Below, one piece after another: positions 1-13,014 of a stretch of DNA of 64,000 nt. The stretch covers positions 9,238,001-9,302,000 of the forward strand of contig JBHGNT010000003.1 of assembly GCA_043228905.1 (NCBI GenBank), given 5' to 3'. How positions within the stretch are numbered: the first letter of the stretch is position 1; every line of letters begins with the position of its first letter. Origin of the DNA: Azolla caroliniana (Eukaryota > Plantae > Polypodiophyta). The notes beneath the pieces are model-generated. The model was not told where the DNA came from, made no database searches, and saw only the letters and a list, made by a program, of their open reading frames with translations. A program made the translations under genes and the position numbers.

Positions 1-3000
1 GTAGTCGATGTCGTGCTTTTGCACATAACCCTTTGCCACTAACCGAGCCTTGTACCTGTTGATAGAGTTGTCGGTGTTGTATTTAACTTTGTATACCCAC
101 TTGCAACCGATCAACTTTATTCCTTTCGGTACGTCCACTAAATTCCACATCTCATTTTCCGTGAGTGTGTGCATCTCTTCCTCCATAGCGGCACACCAAT
201 TTGCGTCTTTCGCCACTTTTTCATTGCTCTCCGACTCACGCATGGCTGCCACCTTCACCATGTACGCATAATGATTGTACCCGTACCTTTTTATGAGGTT
301 CTTCTGGCAGGTGGATCGGCACAGTTTCTACTTTGCCGATTTCTTGGCCTTCGTGGGCAACACAAAATTCTCTTTGGAAGGTTCATCTTCGATCTGTTCG
401 AAGTCGGATCTACCGTCGTTGCCGGTGTCGTATTCCGGCATCTTCTTGTTCCCCTTTTCTTTGTGTGTGAACCGTCTCCTCGGTTCCTTGCACGGGGAGA
501 GCACAACCGAGTCTTCACTACTCGCCAGTTCTTCATCTAACTAGTCATCCCGACTCAGTCACTCATTCGGCCCACTTAGCTGGAATGAGGTCGGACTCTC
601 ATCTTCTGCCCGGATTGTTTCAGGCTCACTGGCCTCATCCTCCAGAATCGGCTCGGAGTCGGACATGGGAGGCGGTAGAGAGTACCATGATGCCGACTCA
701 TCAAATTCAACATCTCGTCTCACTCGAACTTGTTTTGTTCGGGGGTTATAGCACTTATAACCCTTTTGCTCATGTGAGTAGCCGACAAGGATGCCCTTCT
801 CCGACTTTGGGTCCAGCTTTCTCCGCTTCTCATTCGAAACATGCACATATGCAATGCTACCGAATATCTTAAGGTGCCTTAAATTCAGCTTCTGCCCGAA
901 GTACAGCTCATGGGCTGACACCTTATCCCCGATCTGGTTTTGGATGTAGACGGCCATCTTGACCGCTTTGGCCTAATAGAACTTGGGCATGCTCTTCTCT
1001 TCCATCATTGACCGTGCCGCATTGATGATCGACCGGTTGTTCCTTTCGGCTACACCGTTTTGTTCCGGTGTGTATCGGCAACTGAATTCTCTCTGAATTC
1101 CTTTCTGCTGCAGATAACTGTTGAATTGGCCGGAAAAATATTCTTTTCTGCTATCCGACCGTAGGCACTTGATCTTCCTCTCTATTTTCCGTTCGACAAG
1201 ACTTTGCAGGTTCCGGAAACAGTCGAAGACTTTGCTTTTCTTCACGATGAGGTAGATCCCTGTGTGTCGACTATAGTCGTCGATGAAGGGGACGAAATAT
1301 CGGCCCCCGCCAAGATTAACGTTCTGTGCCAGTTCCCATACATCCGAATGTATTAGATCGAGCTTGTTATGGCTCTGGTTTCTTTCAATGGGGAAGGGAA
1401 GTCGGTGTTGCTTCCCGAGTTGGCAGGATTCACAAATTTGGGCCTTTCGGCCACTAAATTTCGGCAATCCGAAAACAACTTGTTTCGATTGCAAGTCCTG
1501 AAGCCTCTGGTGGTTGACGTGTTCGATCCGCTTGTGCCACAGATCGATGTTTGATTTGATCTTCTGTCCTTTTGCGAACATAGAGGTGCCAACGTCATTG
1601 GTGTTGAGGATGAACATCCTCCCATCCCTGCGCCCTTGCACGATTATACAACCTTCTTCCTCTATGAAGCACCCGAGGTGCGTGAACTGCACCTGCAACC
1701 CCTAGTCAACGATTTTCCTGACTGACATCAGGTTCTCTGTGATTGTTGGAACATGTAGTATGTTCATCAGCTTTCCCTTTTGTCCGACATGGCTTAAAGG
1801 GAATTCTCTGACATGCATGATCGGGTGAGGAGTTTCGTCTCCGGTTTCGACAACTCCTAGTTGCTCTGGCTTTTCTAGAAACGAGAACCACTTTTCGTGG
1901 CTCGTCATGTGGTTAGATGCTCCGGAGTCAACATACCACACTTCCTTAGATTTGGAAGTGATCTTCTTCATCGAGTTCGCCTTGTGCTTCATCACAAAGG
2001 TTGGCCCTTTCCGGTCTTTCCGGTTCCGAATCCTTCTGATCCTTCAGCTTAGTGCGAGCTTTGCCCGTTCCCTTGTTCGGCCATGCCGGATCCGGATTTA
2101 TCCGAATCGGCACGCTTCTTCCAGCACTCGCTTTCTCGGTGGCCTTTCTTGACATAGTACTGACATTCTGTGTCGGTTTTCCCTTGCCGGTTTTCGGCAC
2201 CGCCTTGATGCCCCCTTCTAGTGGAGGGTCCGGATTTGCCGTTGGGACTATCTCTATGCCTCCGGTTCTGCTCTTGTTGGCTGCTTGCATTGCGTGCTGA
2301 TCCACCTCGTCCTCCACGCCCACGGGGCCGATCCGCCTCCGTGTACAACATCCAACTGTCTGATTGAGTGATCCTTGACCCACTTGCATGGTTTTCTTTG
2401 ACCATGAGCATCAATTGTAGGCCGAAGAAGGACAATGGTTTCTCCCAAGTGAGGATAGCAGTCCAGATGGGCTCGTACCTTTGAGCTAGATCACTGAGAT
2501 AGATTTGCACCATTTCGTCCTCGTCTATCACGATGTCAATGGACCCTAATGCGTTGCAAATCTCCTTTATCTTCACGGTGTAGTTTGAAACTAACATATT
2601 CTTCTGTCAGATAGTGTTCAGTTCTTGCCGAAGCTATAGCTTGCGGGCTAAGGTACTTGAGGCGAAAATCTTTTTCAGATTTTCCTAGGCCTGTTTCGAC
2701 ATCTTAGCATCTCTAATGTCGCTGATCATCTGGTCGTGCACGGAGGAAGCAAGGCAGTATAGAACTTTTCTTGCTCCTTGTTCCCATGCCGGGAACTCCT
2801 TTTGTAACGACTTCGGTGTTATTTCATTCGCACCCTTAACATAACTCCAGTATCCATGTCCAAGCAGATACTGGTGCATCTTGTACGACCAGGATGCATA
2901 GTTGTGTCTGTCAAGTTTCTCTATCGGAAGCGAGCTTGCCATACCTCTGTCCATCTTTTGGTCTTTACCGGGTGTTAGGGTTTGTCTTCAGTAATCTCCC

Positions 3001-3029
3001 ATTGGTTGTAGAGGTTCTCAACCCTCACA

Positions 3030-3040
3030 CTCTGATACCA
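3030..3040 (-). promoter_or_regulatory. Primer-binding site, tRNA-iMet
   Basis: Reverse complement TGGTATCAGAG directly after the LTR end. Confidence 0.9.
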
Positions 3041-3503
3041 TGTCAAAGTTAATACGCGGAAGCTTTGACAAACCGGTTTATCCCGATAGTAACATAAAAT
3101 AGAGAATGAAGGTTTAATGGAAGTTTAAGAACAGAGAATACACAAGAGAGATAGAGAGAGAGTAGGAAGCATAAACAAAATTCAAAATTATAATTCTCTA
3201 TACATGGGATATGCTCAGTGAGCACTCTTTATACAACTCCACAAGGGACTGACAGAAGTACTATGTACTTCAATGCTTATACGAGCGGTTGACACTAACT
3301 ACGAGGACCATGAATACCTATTAGTCTAGAAGCATAGACCTCTAAACGACCTACCGGTACACAGGTGGGTTCGGCTCTCCGATCCGGTTCCTCGATCCAG
3401 ATCCAGATCCTAGTTCTGGATACCATCCGGACACTGATTCGGATACGATCCGGCTCTGGCTTATCTAGCCGATCCGGATCCGGTTGAGCTTGCTCGCTCA
3501 ACA
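3041..3503 (-). repeat. 5' LTR of copia-1
   Basis: TG...CA termini, 463 bp, homologous to the copia-A LTR at 13015-13476, abuts the iMet PBS. Confidence 0.9.
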
Positions 3504-4309
3504 AGCTATGGATGTGAAGGATAGACGAGAATTGGGGACTCTCCTCAAAGATGACACTCAAACGAACGGGCTTGTGACAGACTGGATTGCGATGAAGTGA
3601 ACGTGCAACAGGCTCGACAAGCATCGTCAATGGATTGATGACACTGACTTGGTAAGGCCGAGCGTAGAAAATACGAGACCACCTAAAGTAGTAAATCTGC
3701 TTAAACAAAGAAACCCAGATGAAAAGAAAATTGATGATGTCATCATTGAAGAATTAGCGAAGAAGTTCGAGACGGTCACGCAAGCGAACATGAATCATCG
3801 AGGGCCAAAAGGAAAAGAACCCTTCAAATGTGTGGTGCGACAACTTAGACCACTTGAGAAGGGATTGTGTGAGCCTTTGTGAGGCCATCTGACAAAATAT
3901 CATATGCATGGACGACAACATGATCTGCTCGAGTGAAACTTGAAAACCCCTGAGGGTGAATTTTGGAAGAGGGGGATTGAAGATGCCGAGGCGACTCACT
4001 TGGATGCGATGCACTATGTTGCATCGGTTGGAATAAGACTCGAAAAAGATAAAAATGAAGCTACTAAATTGGGAACAAGGTTTTGGTGTACTATTCTCGA
4101 GTATGAGAAGAAGGGAAAAGTTTCCTCGGACGAGGTAGAGCTTGCGGACCGAAGTGTGCAAAGTATGACCAGATGGTTGGATCCAGTGGATGACAATACC
4201 ATACTTGCGGGAGTTATGTGCGACAACCACGAGTGTTAAGAGTCTATTACTAATCAAAAGACCAAAATAAAGTAAAACGAAGGAAAATATATTGGATAGA
4301 AGAACCCGT
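3504..4309 (+). pseudogene. gag remnant of tRNA-Trp-type gypsy lineage
   Basis: Frameshifted translation DRRELGTLLKDD..NGLVTDW and CVWCD..H...C knuckle resemble the gags at 5250-5800 and 19858-20472. Confidence 0.6.
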
Positions 4310-5208
4310 TGTCGTGAAGTATTCCAGCCATAGGAAGAAACGAAGTCGGATGCGTGTGAACTGTCTTTATGTACAAACATGTGTAAATAACATAGTGATA
4401 GTGGAGTGTTGAGGAATACTAGGCAGGAGTGTTTCGATAGGTAATTTAAGACCACACGGATGGAGAGGAATAAAGGGGATTGATGGGAGAAAATCAAGGC
4501 CCGAAAGATCTAAGAGAAAAGCGGTTGTCTTAATAGCCTGATGTAACAACTTCTCTCTCTCTCTCTCTCTTGGAGCTAAAAGGAAGGGGGAGAAGATTGA
4601 GGGGGGGATCCACGATTTGGAGGACGAAGTGCTGCCGAACCGAGCTCTTTAAACTTTTGCCTTCCTACTCTCAGTTTCCGGTTTTCTGTGGCTGCGCATT
4701 GAGTCCTTCGTTTCGCGTTTGTAGACCGTGTGCTCCTGATCGGAGGCTCGCTAGCGTTTGTGTGTATGGGTGTGTGTTGCGAGCTTGAAGCTCCCTTACC
4801 GGCCACGTCCAGTTGTAATCCTTTCGTCTTTCTCTGTTAATAATTGGTATTTCCTAAGTCTCTCTTTGTGTTCGGGCACTCTCGCATTGTCTCATGTGTG
4901 TCTCGCATTTGCTGTGTTCCGAGCCCACGTCCTTTACCCCATTCTATTTCTGCTTGCACGTGCTTCTATGGGTGTGTAAGCCTGTGAGATCATCGATTGC
5001 TACTTGAAGCCGGTCCGGTGCACTGTTTGCCATTGAGCCCATGTGCTCACCGTCCGACACTCGGAGTTGAGCCAGATCAGATACTTGTGGAACCTAACAT
5101 GAACCCTTCTCTCATCTCTCATTCTCATTCTCTCTTACCGGCTCCTTGTTCGAAGACCCCGATGGTCCTGTGCCAGGATCTTATGGGTACCCGCAAAAAA
5201 CTGTGACA
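4310..5208 (+). repeat. 5' LTR of element H
   Basis: TG...CA, 899 bp, followed by PBS; core similar to solo LTR 46737-47382. Confidence 0.8.
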
Positions 5209-5212
5209 TCAT

Positions 5213-5230
5213 TGGTGAACCCGACGTGAA
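5213..5230 (+). promoter_or_regulatory. Primer-binding site, tRNA-Trp(CCA)
   Basis: TGGTGAACCCGACGTGAA, 4 nt after the LTR, complementary to the recalled plant tRNA-Trp 3' end; identical to the PBS at 20661-20678. Confidence 0.85.
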
Positions 5231-5246
5231 AGGGCGGCAAGGGAGG

Positions 5247-5791
5247 ATGGAGTTGGAAGACGAAGACTTCGCAGAGATGGTGGCAGAAGTGGTGATGGAG
5301 TTCGGATGAGTGACGATGAGACGAGAGGCAACACAACAAGCGGTCATGTGCGTGGTCGAAAGAGTCGGCCGTTTCAATGGGGACAAAGTCCCATTCTAGT
5401 TGGAAGTCTACAATGGGGAAATGGAGGCACGAGGTATAGACGAGGCGTTGAGGTTGGATTTCTTCTATCGGGTCGCTGCGGACCGGATGCACAAGGAAGT
5501 AAAGGGGCTCCGAGAAGCTCATAGTTCGTGGGAGGCCTTCGAAGAGGCGCTCTTGCAGGCATACAGAGGGCGATCGAAAAGTCGGGGACAACACAACTTC
5601 GACCAATGGGTTGCATCGGCGAAGACCCACCAGGGCGCAATGAAGACGCTCTTGGAGTTCGAGCAGCGCTTTGCTCAGCTCCTGGAGCACAAAGAAGACT
5701 GGTGGGGGTGGATAAGGTCCTGCTATTCATGAAGTCGATCTACCGGAAGGAACGAATGACCTTCATGATCGAGCTCGAAGACGAGGACTGA
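5247..5791 (+). pseudogene. gag remnant of element H
   Basis: RVGRFNGDKVPF..EVYNGEMEARG..SWEAFEEALL; stops and frameshifts. Confidence 0.65.
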
Positions 5792-6338
5792 GTGAATGGC
5801 CTTACTGAGGACTAGTCAAAAGTCAAACGGGTATGCTGATGGCAGGATAAAGAGCGGCCCACGATTGAAAAGGGGAAGATGATGTGCGACGACACACCAT
5901 CACAACAGGGAGGGGGCGCGCAACGAGAAAGATCGGAAAAGCTCAACGTTGAAGCCCTATTCCGGGAAACATATGAGGCTCTGAAGGCGAAGATCGAGGA
6001 AGATTCAGAGCTAGTCGACTTTCTGGATGAGACAGACATGGCCCATGCAGAGGTTGAGGGACGGTACAACGGTGCCACAGGAGAGGGTGTGGAGCAAGTT
6101 ACCCTCTCGATTTGCGGAGAAAGACCGACCGAGGATAAGGTAGGGATTTGAGAGGTGACGATCACGAGTTCGGGAAAGGACTGACGATTTCGGGCATAAC
6201 TGCCTGACACTCTGGACATTTGAGAAGCAAGCCCAGCTGGGGCTTGCATGATTGAAGAAGAAGAGTTACCTACCGGTTGCCACATCGAGGAGTCGATGGC
6301 TATGGATGAGTCCATGGACGGCGAAGTTACGAAATTGT

Positions 6339-8052
6339 TCCCCACACTTGTTCTGGAGACTTGGCGGTCGAGCCCGTGTGCCGACGTGAGACCAGAGAGA
6401 TGGAGGGTGGAGGTGGGAATGCCAAGGAGGAGAAGGGCGAGTAGTTAGAAGTCGGACAGAGACGTCCCTCTACATCGGTTCTGGAGACTTCAACCGGCGA
6501 ACCCGTGTGCTGACGTGAGACCGGAGAGAAGGAAGGTGATGACAAGGCGACATGGTCTGAGGGGATCTATGGAGGCAAAGAAACAAAGGACGGTCCTAGG
6601 TGTCTCCTCACGTCGATTCCAGAGACTTCGGCAGTCAAGCACATGTGCCGACATGAGACGGAGCATGGTTGTTTACGTACTCGTATTTAACGTTTAGATA
6701 TGTATAGTACCTCATCATTTGTATAGTACATATTATACCTCAATGTTGCTCAGTCAAATATCATGTACATTTGTCCAATACGGTATTTAATGTATTTATA
6801 AAAAACCAAGTATAATACATATTTATAAAGAAAATGTAAGTAAAACCCTAACAAAAAGCAAAAGAAAAAAAGGATTTTAATGAAAAAGAAGCCAAAGGAA
6901 AGAAGAAAGAAGAGTAGAAGAGACGACGATGAAGAAGAAGAAGAAGAAGAAGAAGAAGAAGAGAGAAAAGAAGACATAAACCTATCCTCAGTGTGATAAT
7001 CGCAGTAGATGAAAACGACGAAAAGAGAAGAAAAGAGAAACCCATCATGAGTGTGATAATCGTAGATGATTCCTCAATCTATGAAGGCATAATTGTAAAT
7101 AATTACAATTTGAAGTAGAACATCGTGATACACACTTATATTGATTTATAGAATAAGGGAATGTCGACATCCATATTACTACAAGTATTTTAGGATGTGA
7201 AATGTTCAAATGTCTTATATGCATTTTAGGATGTAGAACTATATTGTACATCACAAAATTGTGTAAACATAGATGTTTTTTACAATATTATAGATATTTT
7301 TTTACAAATTCTAGAAGTATTTAACATACTATACGTAAAATACATATTGAACATATTTTATAAGTATTTAACATATTAAGAAAACGTATTTAACGTATTT
7401 TTAAATTGGGAGATACTATACGGGTATTAATACGTTAAATACATATGGTATTCGTACCGTACCTAACGTACCTAACAACCTTGAGACGGAGAGATGGAGG
7501 GTGGTGGCGGGAGATTGGGAATCGACAATGCGGAGAAAATCGAATGGAACGAGCCCTCCCCACCGAGGCTGTTGACTTCAGCAATCAAGCCCGTGTGCTG
7601 ACGTAAAACCGGAGAGATGGAAGGTGGCGGCGAGGAGCCCTGGCACGATGCCAGTGAAGATGGATGGGAGATGGTCTACGAGGAGGCCAAGGATGAAGCC
7701 AGAGCAAAATGAAGAAGCAAGAGACAACGCTGAGGTAAGCGGAGTTGGAAGTGAGCCTGACCGGGAATCGAACTAGTCCGCATTCCGATTCGGATGGGGC
7801 ATGATCCGAACATGGATCGTTGGATTGAAATGAGAGAGGTAGTTGGCCCCGATTGATTGGGGACAAGCTCGGACAAGAGTTGGGAATACGGAGTTCCGGA
7901 TAACCGAGCCGGACAAGAGTCGGACCGGCCCAATCGGGGGTCAGAGAAGCGAAGACCGGTGAACACGGGGAAGGTATTGAGCGGGGTCGGTAGCCATGAA
8001 GAGAAGGCCCGAGAGGGATCCTCCACACTTGATCTAGAAACTTCAGCAGTTG
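6339..8052 (+). repeat. Dispersed ~70-nt internal repeat units in element H
   Basis: Motif ..GAGACTTC(A/G)GCAGTC.AGCCCGTGTGCCGACGTGAGACCGGAGAGATGGAGG recurs at ~6339, 6465, 6604 (split by the hAT insertion), 7555 and partially 8020. Confidence 0.6.
6664..7483. mobile_element. Non-autonomous hAT-type DNA transposon (MITE-like), 820 bp
   Basis: TIRs CATGGTTGTT / AACAACCTTG, perfect 8-bp TSD AGACGGAG (6656-6663, 7484-7491), AT-rich, subterminal CGTA motifs, internal (GAA)n. Confidence 0.85.
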
Positions 8053-8910
8053 CGGAACAACATAAGACCGAGAAGACGGTAGGTGGCGGCGAGGGGATGA
8101 AGGTCATAGCAGACAAAGGCACGAAAGAATCAAACGGAGTATTGTGGAGAACGACAGAGGACATGTGGACCACTTGGATAAGGAGGGTGTTCCTCGGAGA
8201 GGAGCAATGTTACCTGAGGCTACGGAGGGCACCGAACTGAAGGACACCGACATGGACGTCGGGGAAGATGTGTACCTTACGGAAGGGGTACACAGAGAAG
8301 GATGGGACAAGAAATGTACATAGAGAAGATGTGTACCTTACTTAAGGGCCAAGTGTCGAGCACGGAGGAGAACGACGATGATCGGGAGTTGGAAGAAGTT
8401 CGGCGCGAGGTGATGCAAAACCGAGGAAGCGGACGGGTTGAAACGAGTGCGGATGAGGTGCGATATCTGACAAGCGGTCAAGAGGAATGAGGATCCGGTC
8501 GAAGGCTGCGCACGAAGAACAAAGGAAGCTGAGTTGGGAGTACAACAATGTTCGGGGTGTCTACATTGACCGGCCAAAGAGGCGAGTAGGAGCATTGAGT
8601 CTGGCAGATCGGGTGGAGATGGAGGACCGAGGACGAGCACCGCGAGTATGGTGGACTGGATGGAGCCGGTGGTTTGGGTGGAGAGGTTGGAGGAGCTCAA
8701 AGTGGAGAGATAAGAATGACAATGAAGATGAGCTCCCGACCGAGGGTGAGGTCGACCCGGGAGTCAGCAGTTTGGGACCAGCAGTGACCGGCACAACGGT
8801 CGGGTGTCGGGTCAACAGAAGACCCAGTTGATCACCGTCATCGGAAATCTCTTATCTTCTTTTCCCTTCCTTAGCATATTCTGGTGGATGTGCGGCTAGG
8901 TGGGGGTGGA

Positions 8911-9806
8911 TGTCGTGAAGATTTCCGGCTATTGTGAGAAAATTGGATGGAACGGGCAAAGTCGGCAATGTGCAACATGTGCACATGTATGTTAGGAAAT
9001 TGTAAATAGGAATAAAGGAAATGAAAGGGGTGCTAAGATGCACGAGAGTTAGTGAGGAGGTGTACATTAGTGCACTTGCATACATAGTGGGGTGTGAAAG
9101 TGAGAGTGTTTAATGTACCTTCCCCGAAATCATGGCAATATATCTCCTCTGTAAAGGAGGAATATCTATCTCACATTGTAACGTACCTCTCTCCTTGAGC
9201 TATAAAAGGATGGAGACGTCCCTTGTAAAGGGGTTCCGGTTTTTGCGTGCTCCATATTTTGGTACTAGGGGTTCCATTTTCTTTGTGTCGAGTGTGTTTG
9301 GGTGTTTAGGGTTCAGTCTGGTTTAGGGGTTCATTTTTAATCTGTCTCTTGTGCAAGACCCCTCTTGGTGCGACGAGCTTGTGAGCTCCCCGACTGGCGG
9401 CTCGGCTGCAGACAACTGATGTAACCCGACCTACTTTAGTACTCTATTTTTCCTATAAATACATATAAGAAGGGTTGTGCATATATGTGTCTTGTCGATG
9501 TCAGTGGTGCTTTGTTTTTTTTCCGGTTCTGAATACGATGAGTGCTTGTTGAGTTTTCTGTGTTGGAGTGTTTCTTTCCCTTTTGGTTCCTATATATAAG
9601 CGGTGAGCATTGAGTGATCGTTGTTCATGTGCCTTCTCTTCCTCTCATTCGGTTTATATCTATTGTGTATCCGGAAATGCCCGACCGGCGTCTAAGTTAG
9701 TGGTAACCAGTACCAACGAAGCAGTCTTTCCTCCTCCGTCTCTCTCCGGTTCAAAACCCTAGTGGTCCCGCCCGGATCCGACACGTGCACCCGGATTTCT
9801 GCGACA
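8911..9806 (+). repeat. 3' LTR of element H
   Basis: TG...CA, 896 bp, preceded by GGATGTGCGGCTAGGTGGGGGTGGA (PPT context shared with element F); TATA-like TATAAAAGGA ~9201. Confidence 0.75.
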
Positions 9807-9958
9807 CCGTTCCACCTGACCCCCCCGAGCTATGATCTAGACATAGCCAACCTACCACCGACGTCTCGTACCATCGGATATTAGGATGACTAATACCATC
9901 GGATATTAGAACGAAAACCTAGCCCACACCAGTGGTGTCTAAGACAACAACCTTCCGA

Positions 9959-10661
9959 TGTAATGTCCTTATGAGGGTAGTTGAGCATCATATGTATACC
10001 TCTTTCTAGGCCCCTTGAATAGATGTGCCTTTTTAAAAGGCTCTCCATTCATTGGGTGTGCAAATCATGATAGTGCATGCACCTATCATTCCTTCTATCC
10101 AATCACATTAGTTCCCTCTTTAACATTAGTGAACATACCCTTCACTTATGTAAATATTAGTGACCTACCCTCACCTATGTTATGTGTACATAACATATTC
10201 CCCTACTTCAAAAGATTGCATTCTTGGAATATAAAATGAGGAAATTGTGCCTTAAGAGTATGCTTGTGTTCCCATGTGGCATCATCGATAGGTTTATCCA
10301 TCCATTTGATCTTGAATAGCCGAATCTCTTTATAACGTAAACGTTTAGTACGAGAATCAAGAATTCATTTAGGACTATGAGGTTTGTAAGAAAAATCCTC
10401 TAATGTTACAAGATCTTGGGTTGTGATGGTGTTATCACCAAAGCCTAAAAATGGTTTTAGACGACTGACATGAAAATGGGATGAATACCAATGTTATGGG
10501 GTAAGGTAAGGTGATAAGCAGATGAACCAACTCGCTTAAGGATTTCAAATGGGCCACAATATCGTGGGGCCAACTTGGCGCACTTGCCCGTAGACAATGC
10601 CGTAGAGTTAGTAGGGACACACAAAAATACTTTTTGACCAATAGTAAATGCACGAGGACGT
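9959..10661 (-). mobile_element. Chromovirus 3' remnant: integrase C-terminus, chromodomain, PPT, probable 3' LTR (~9959-10195)
   Basis: KLAPRYCGPFEILKRVG..AYHL.LP..IHPIF, then ILDSR..FKIKW..DDATWE; AAGTAGGGGAATA|TG on the minus strand. LTR left boundary uncertain. Confidence 0.7.
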
Positions 10662-11252
10662 TGTCGTGAAGATTTACGTGTGCGTGTGCTACTTGAGCGG
10701 GACCGCTGGGATCTTGGACCAAGGAGGACGTTCGCCAAGTTATTGTAAAGAGAACGATGTCAATTTTAATAGTCGAGGAAACACTATTACACTTGAGAAG
10801 GTCGAAGATTGTACACTTGAGAAGTAGATAAATGTCAAGAAGAGTATTATATTATTATTGATGATGATGATGATGATCTCCCAAATTGACCTCCCCTTAC
10901 ACAAGCCTTACGAGGGTTTTTATAGGTCTATCCATGCTTCTAACATGCACAAAACCATGGGCTTGTACCTATGGTTTTTGGGCACACAGTTTTTCTTGTG
11001 GCATGCACAAAACCATAGGCTTAAAAACCATGGTTTTCTGCACACGGTTTTGTACATTTGCTTCTTATGGAATAGTGATTATAATAAGAAAATATACAAA
11101 ATTTAGAGTAATGGTAAGTTAATTGTCTCCATACGCACTCAATGCCATTAGGCCCTAGGATTAGTTATTTAGATTTTTACAAATATTTGTGTAATGTGTG
11201 TGGAACCACATTTTTTCACAATTTCTCCCATTGGACACACAACATCACGACA
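10662..11252 (-). repeat. Solo LTR, tRNA-Trp gypsy lineage
   Basis: TGTCGTGAAG...TCACGACA with ACGT on both sides (10658-10661, 11253-11256); first ~60 nt resemble the element F LTR. Confidence 0.7.
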
Positions 11253-11256
11253 ACGT

Positions 11257-11984
11257 TGTCGTGAAAATACGACGAGGATACGTGAACGTTGAGGCAAGAC
11301 CCCGGGGCCTTTTACTAGAGGATATCAAATTCGTGTATTTATGTACTAAGAATTAACCGAAATGAGAAAGATTAACAAATTTCATTAACAAGTAGAAAAA
11401 AAGATTACAATTAATCCCAAGATTGGGATTACAAAAAGTTTGCTAATGGAGATGGCTAGAGTAATAGATTAGAAGAAATGAGATATGGATTTAATTAGAA
11501 TATTAGAGTTTTTAGCTTCAATTCGAAAATTAGGGTTTTTGAGTTGTATGGCTTTGATTAGGAAATTAGGGTTTTCTTGAGAGATAGCTTCCTTCCCCTA
11601 TTGAAAAAAATTATGAGTTTATGAGTGATTAGCCCCTTGATTCATGGATTCTTTTTTTTTTTTTTCTCTCCTTCCCTTGCATGCGTCCCACATGGTCTTT
11701 ACTTTAGTTCTCTTCACTTTACTTTAGTTTGTTACATGATCCAATCTTCCGTCCGTCCACGTCCAACCTCGTCCGGTAGCCGGTTCCACCTGATCAAGGG
11801 GCTAATCACTCATAAGTTCATAGTGTTCTCAAGAGTAATCCTGAAGCTTCTAGAATGTTCCAGAGAAATCTAGAATATACATTAATTTCCTATAATAAAA
11901 CTTAAATGAAAATAATATCCTATGTATTACAATAGATGGTATAATGGTCAAGGTCATGGGTTCGAGTCTTGCCATATCATGACA
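11257..11984 (-). repeat. Composite LTR fragment: TGTCGTGA-type left part fused to a Tcn1-like (element E family) LTR end (~11815-11984)
   Basis: Starts TGTCGTGAAA. The right ~170 bp match 60530-60707, ending GCCATATCATGACA. Confidence 0.6.
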
Positions 11985-13012
11985 GGGTGTTCATTGACTT
12001 CCTCTCAAGACAACGACAAGTATCCTTTGTGTGGCCCCACTTCTTGCAATATCCCATGAAGAGGTTCACTTTATTTGAGTCGCGATCAAGAGTGTCACCG
12101 GATTGCTTACGTTTCCCAATGAACTTGACATTCGGAGTTTTGGCGAACTCAAGTTTATTGTGGTCTATCTTGGAAGTCCTATGGTACCGAAGTACAATGT
12201 TGATGGCTTCCTCGAGAGTTGTTAGTTCCTTGTCATGGATAATCCAATCGTAATCCCCATTGGGAATAACATTCAAAAAACAAGTGACAAACCATTTCTC
12301 ACCTGTAAGTCCTGATTTTTGGATCTGGGTCCAAGCATGATGCACATAATCCTTGAGAGAGGTAAATGGCTTGCTCAACAACATGAGCAAGTTTTGCGCT
12401 TGTTTGGTTTGAGAAGGTGGTTGCAAGAACTATTTCTTAAAAACATCGACGAAACCTTCCCAAGTTGTGGGCAAGTTCTTTGTAGTCCTTAGGCCATGCC
12501 ACCAAGCAACAACTCGACCACCTAACTCACGACCGACATAACCAAGTTTTACAGCATCAGGCTTGAGACTCCCAACGACCAAGCCAAGTGTTAATAGCCT
12601 CCTTGGTTCTTTCATTCTTATCTCCCTTGAATGACTACGAAAGAAGGTTCACCTTCTTTATTGGACTCCATAGTTAATTCTTAGAATTTCTTTTCCAAAA
12701 CCATATTGCCTTGCCTCATTTCGGCTAATTGATTCAAGGTAGTAGTGAGAAATTGCTCAATACTGAACTTCGCTTGTGGTCAAGATGCAGATTGGAGTTG
12801 AGAGGTCTCGAACGGAGAGATCGCTCAAACAGTGTTCAAAACTTGTTCCATAGTGCAAGCTGTGTACGCAATATAAATAAGGAGGTTCAAAAAATACACA
12901 AGCAAAATGAATGCTTGAAATTTTGATTGGAAGAACTTTATCCAAGAAAGCATCTCACGTCTTTACCCATCTAGACATATGAGATGTGATTCGAGATCCG
13001 ATAACTATGACA
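11985..13012 (-). pseudogene. gypsy gag remnant (family G) with upstream LTR-like end at ~13012
   Basis: YVGRELGGRVVAWW..., CKKWGHTKDTC knuckle; homologous to 63142-64000. 12950-13012 resembles 62975-63040. Confidence 0.7.
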
Positions 13013-13014
13013 AC

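Larger units (their letters stand above)
1..3503 (-). mobile_element. Ty1/copia LTR retrotransposon (copia-1), degenerate, 3' part outside window
   Basis: Minus-strand order gag (2685-2954, 2049-2597), protease WYVDSGASNHMT (1702-1995), GAG-pre-integrase/integrase (973-1698 YTPEQNGVAER; 559-957) and start of RT (1-250) is the copia order. Many stops and frameshifts. Confidence 0.95.
4310..9806 (+). mobile_element. Non-autonomous (gag-only, no pol) gypsy-derived LTR element H, possibly chimeric
   Basis: Both LTR-like ends begin TGTCGTGAAG and end GACA. tRNA-Trp PBS at 5213, PPT before 8911, CCGT on both flanks (4306-4309, 9807-9810). Degenerate gag then Glu-rich decayed sequence. Confidence 0.75.

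Noticed and set aside
10457-10738. Continuous 93-aa integrase ORF
   Set aside because: Its N-terminal part lies in the solo LTR starting at 10662; the frame is open by chance.
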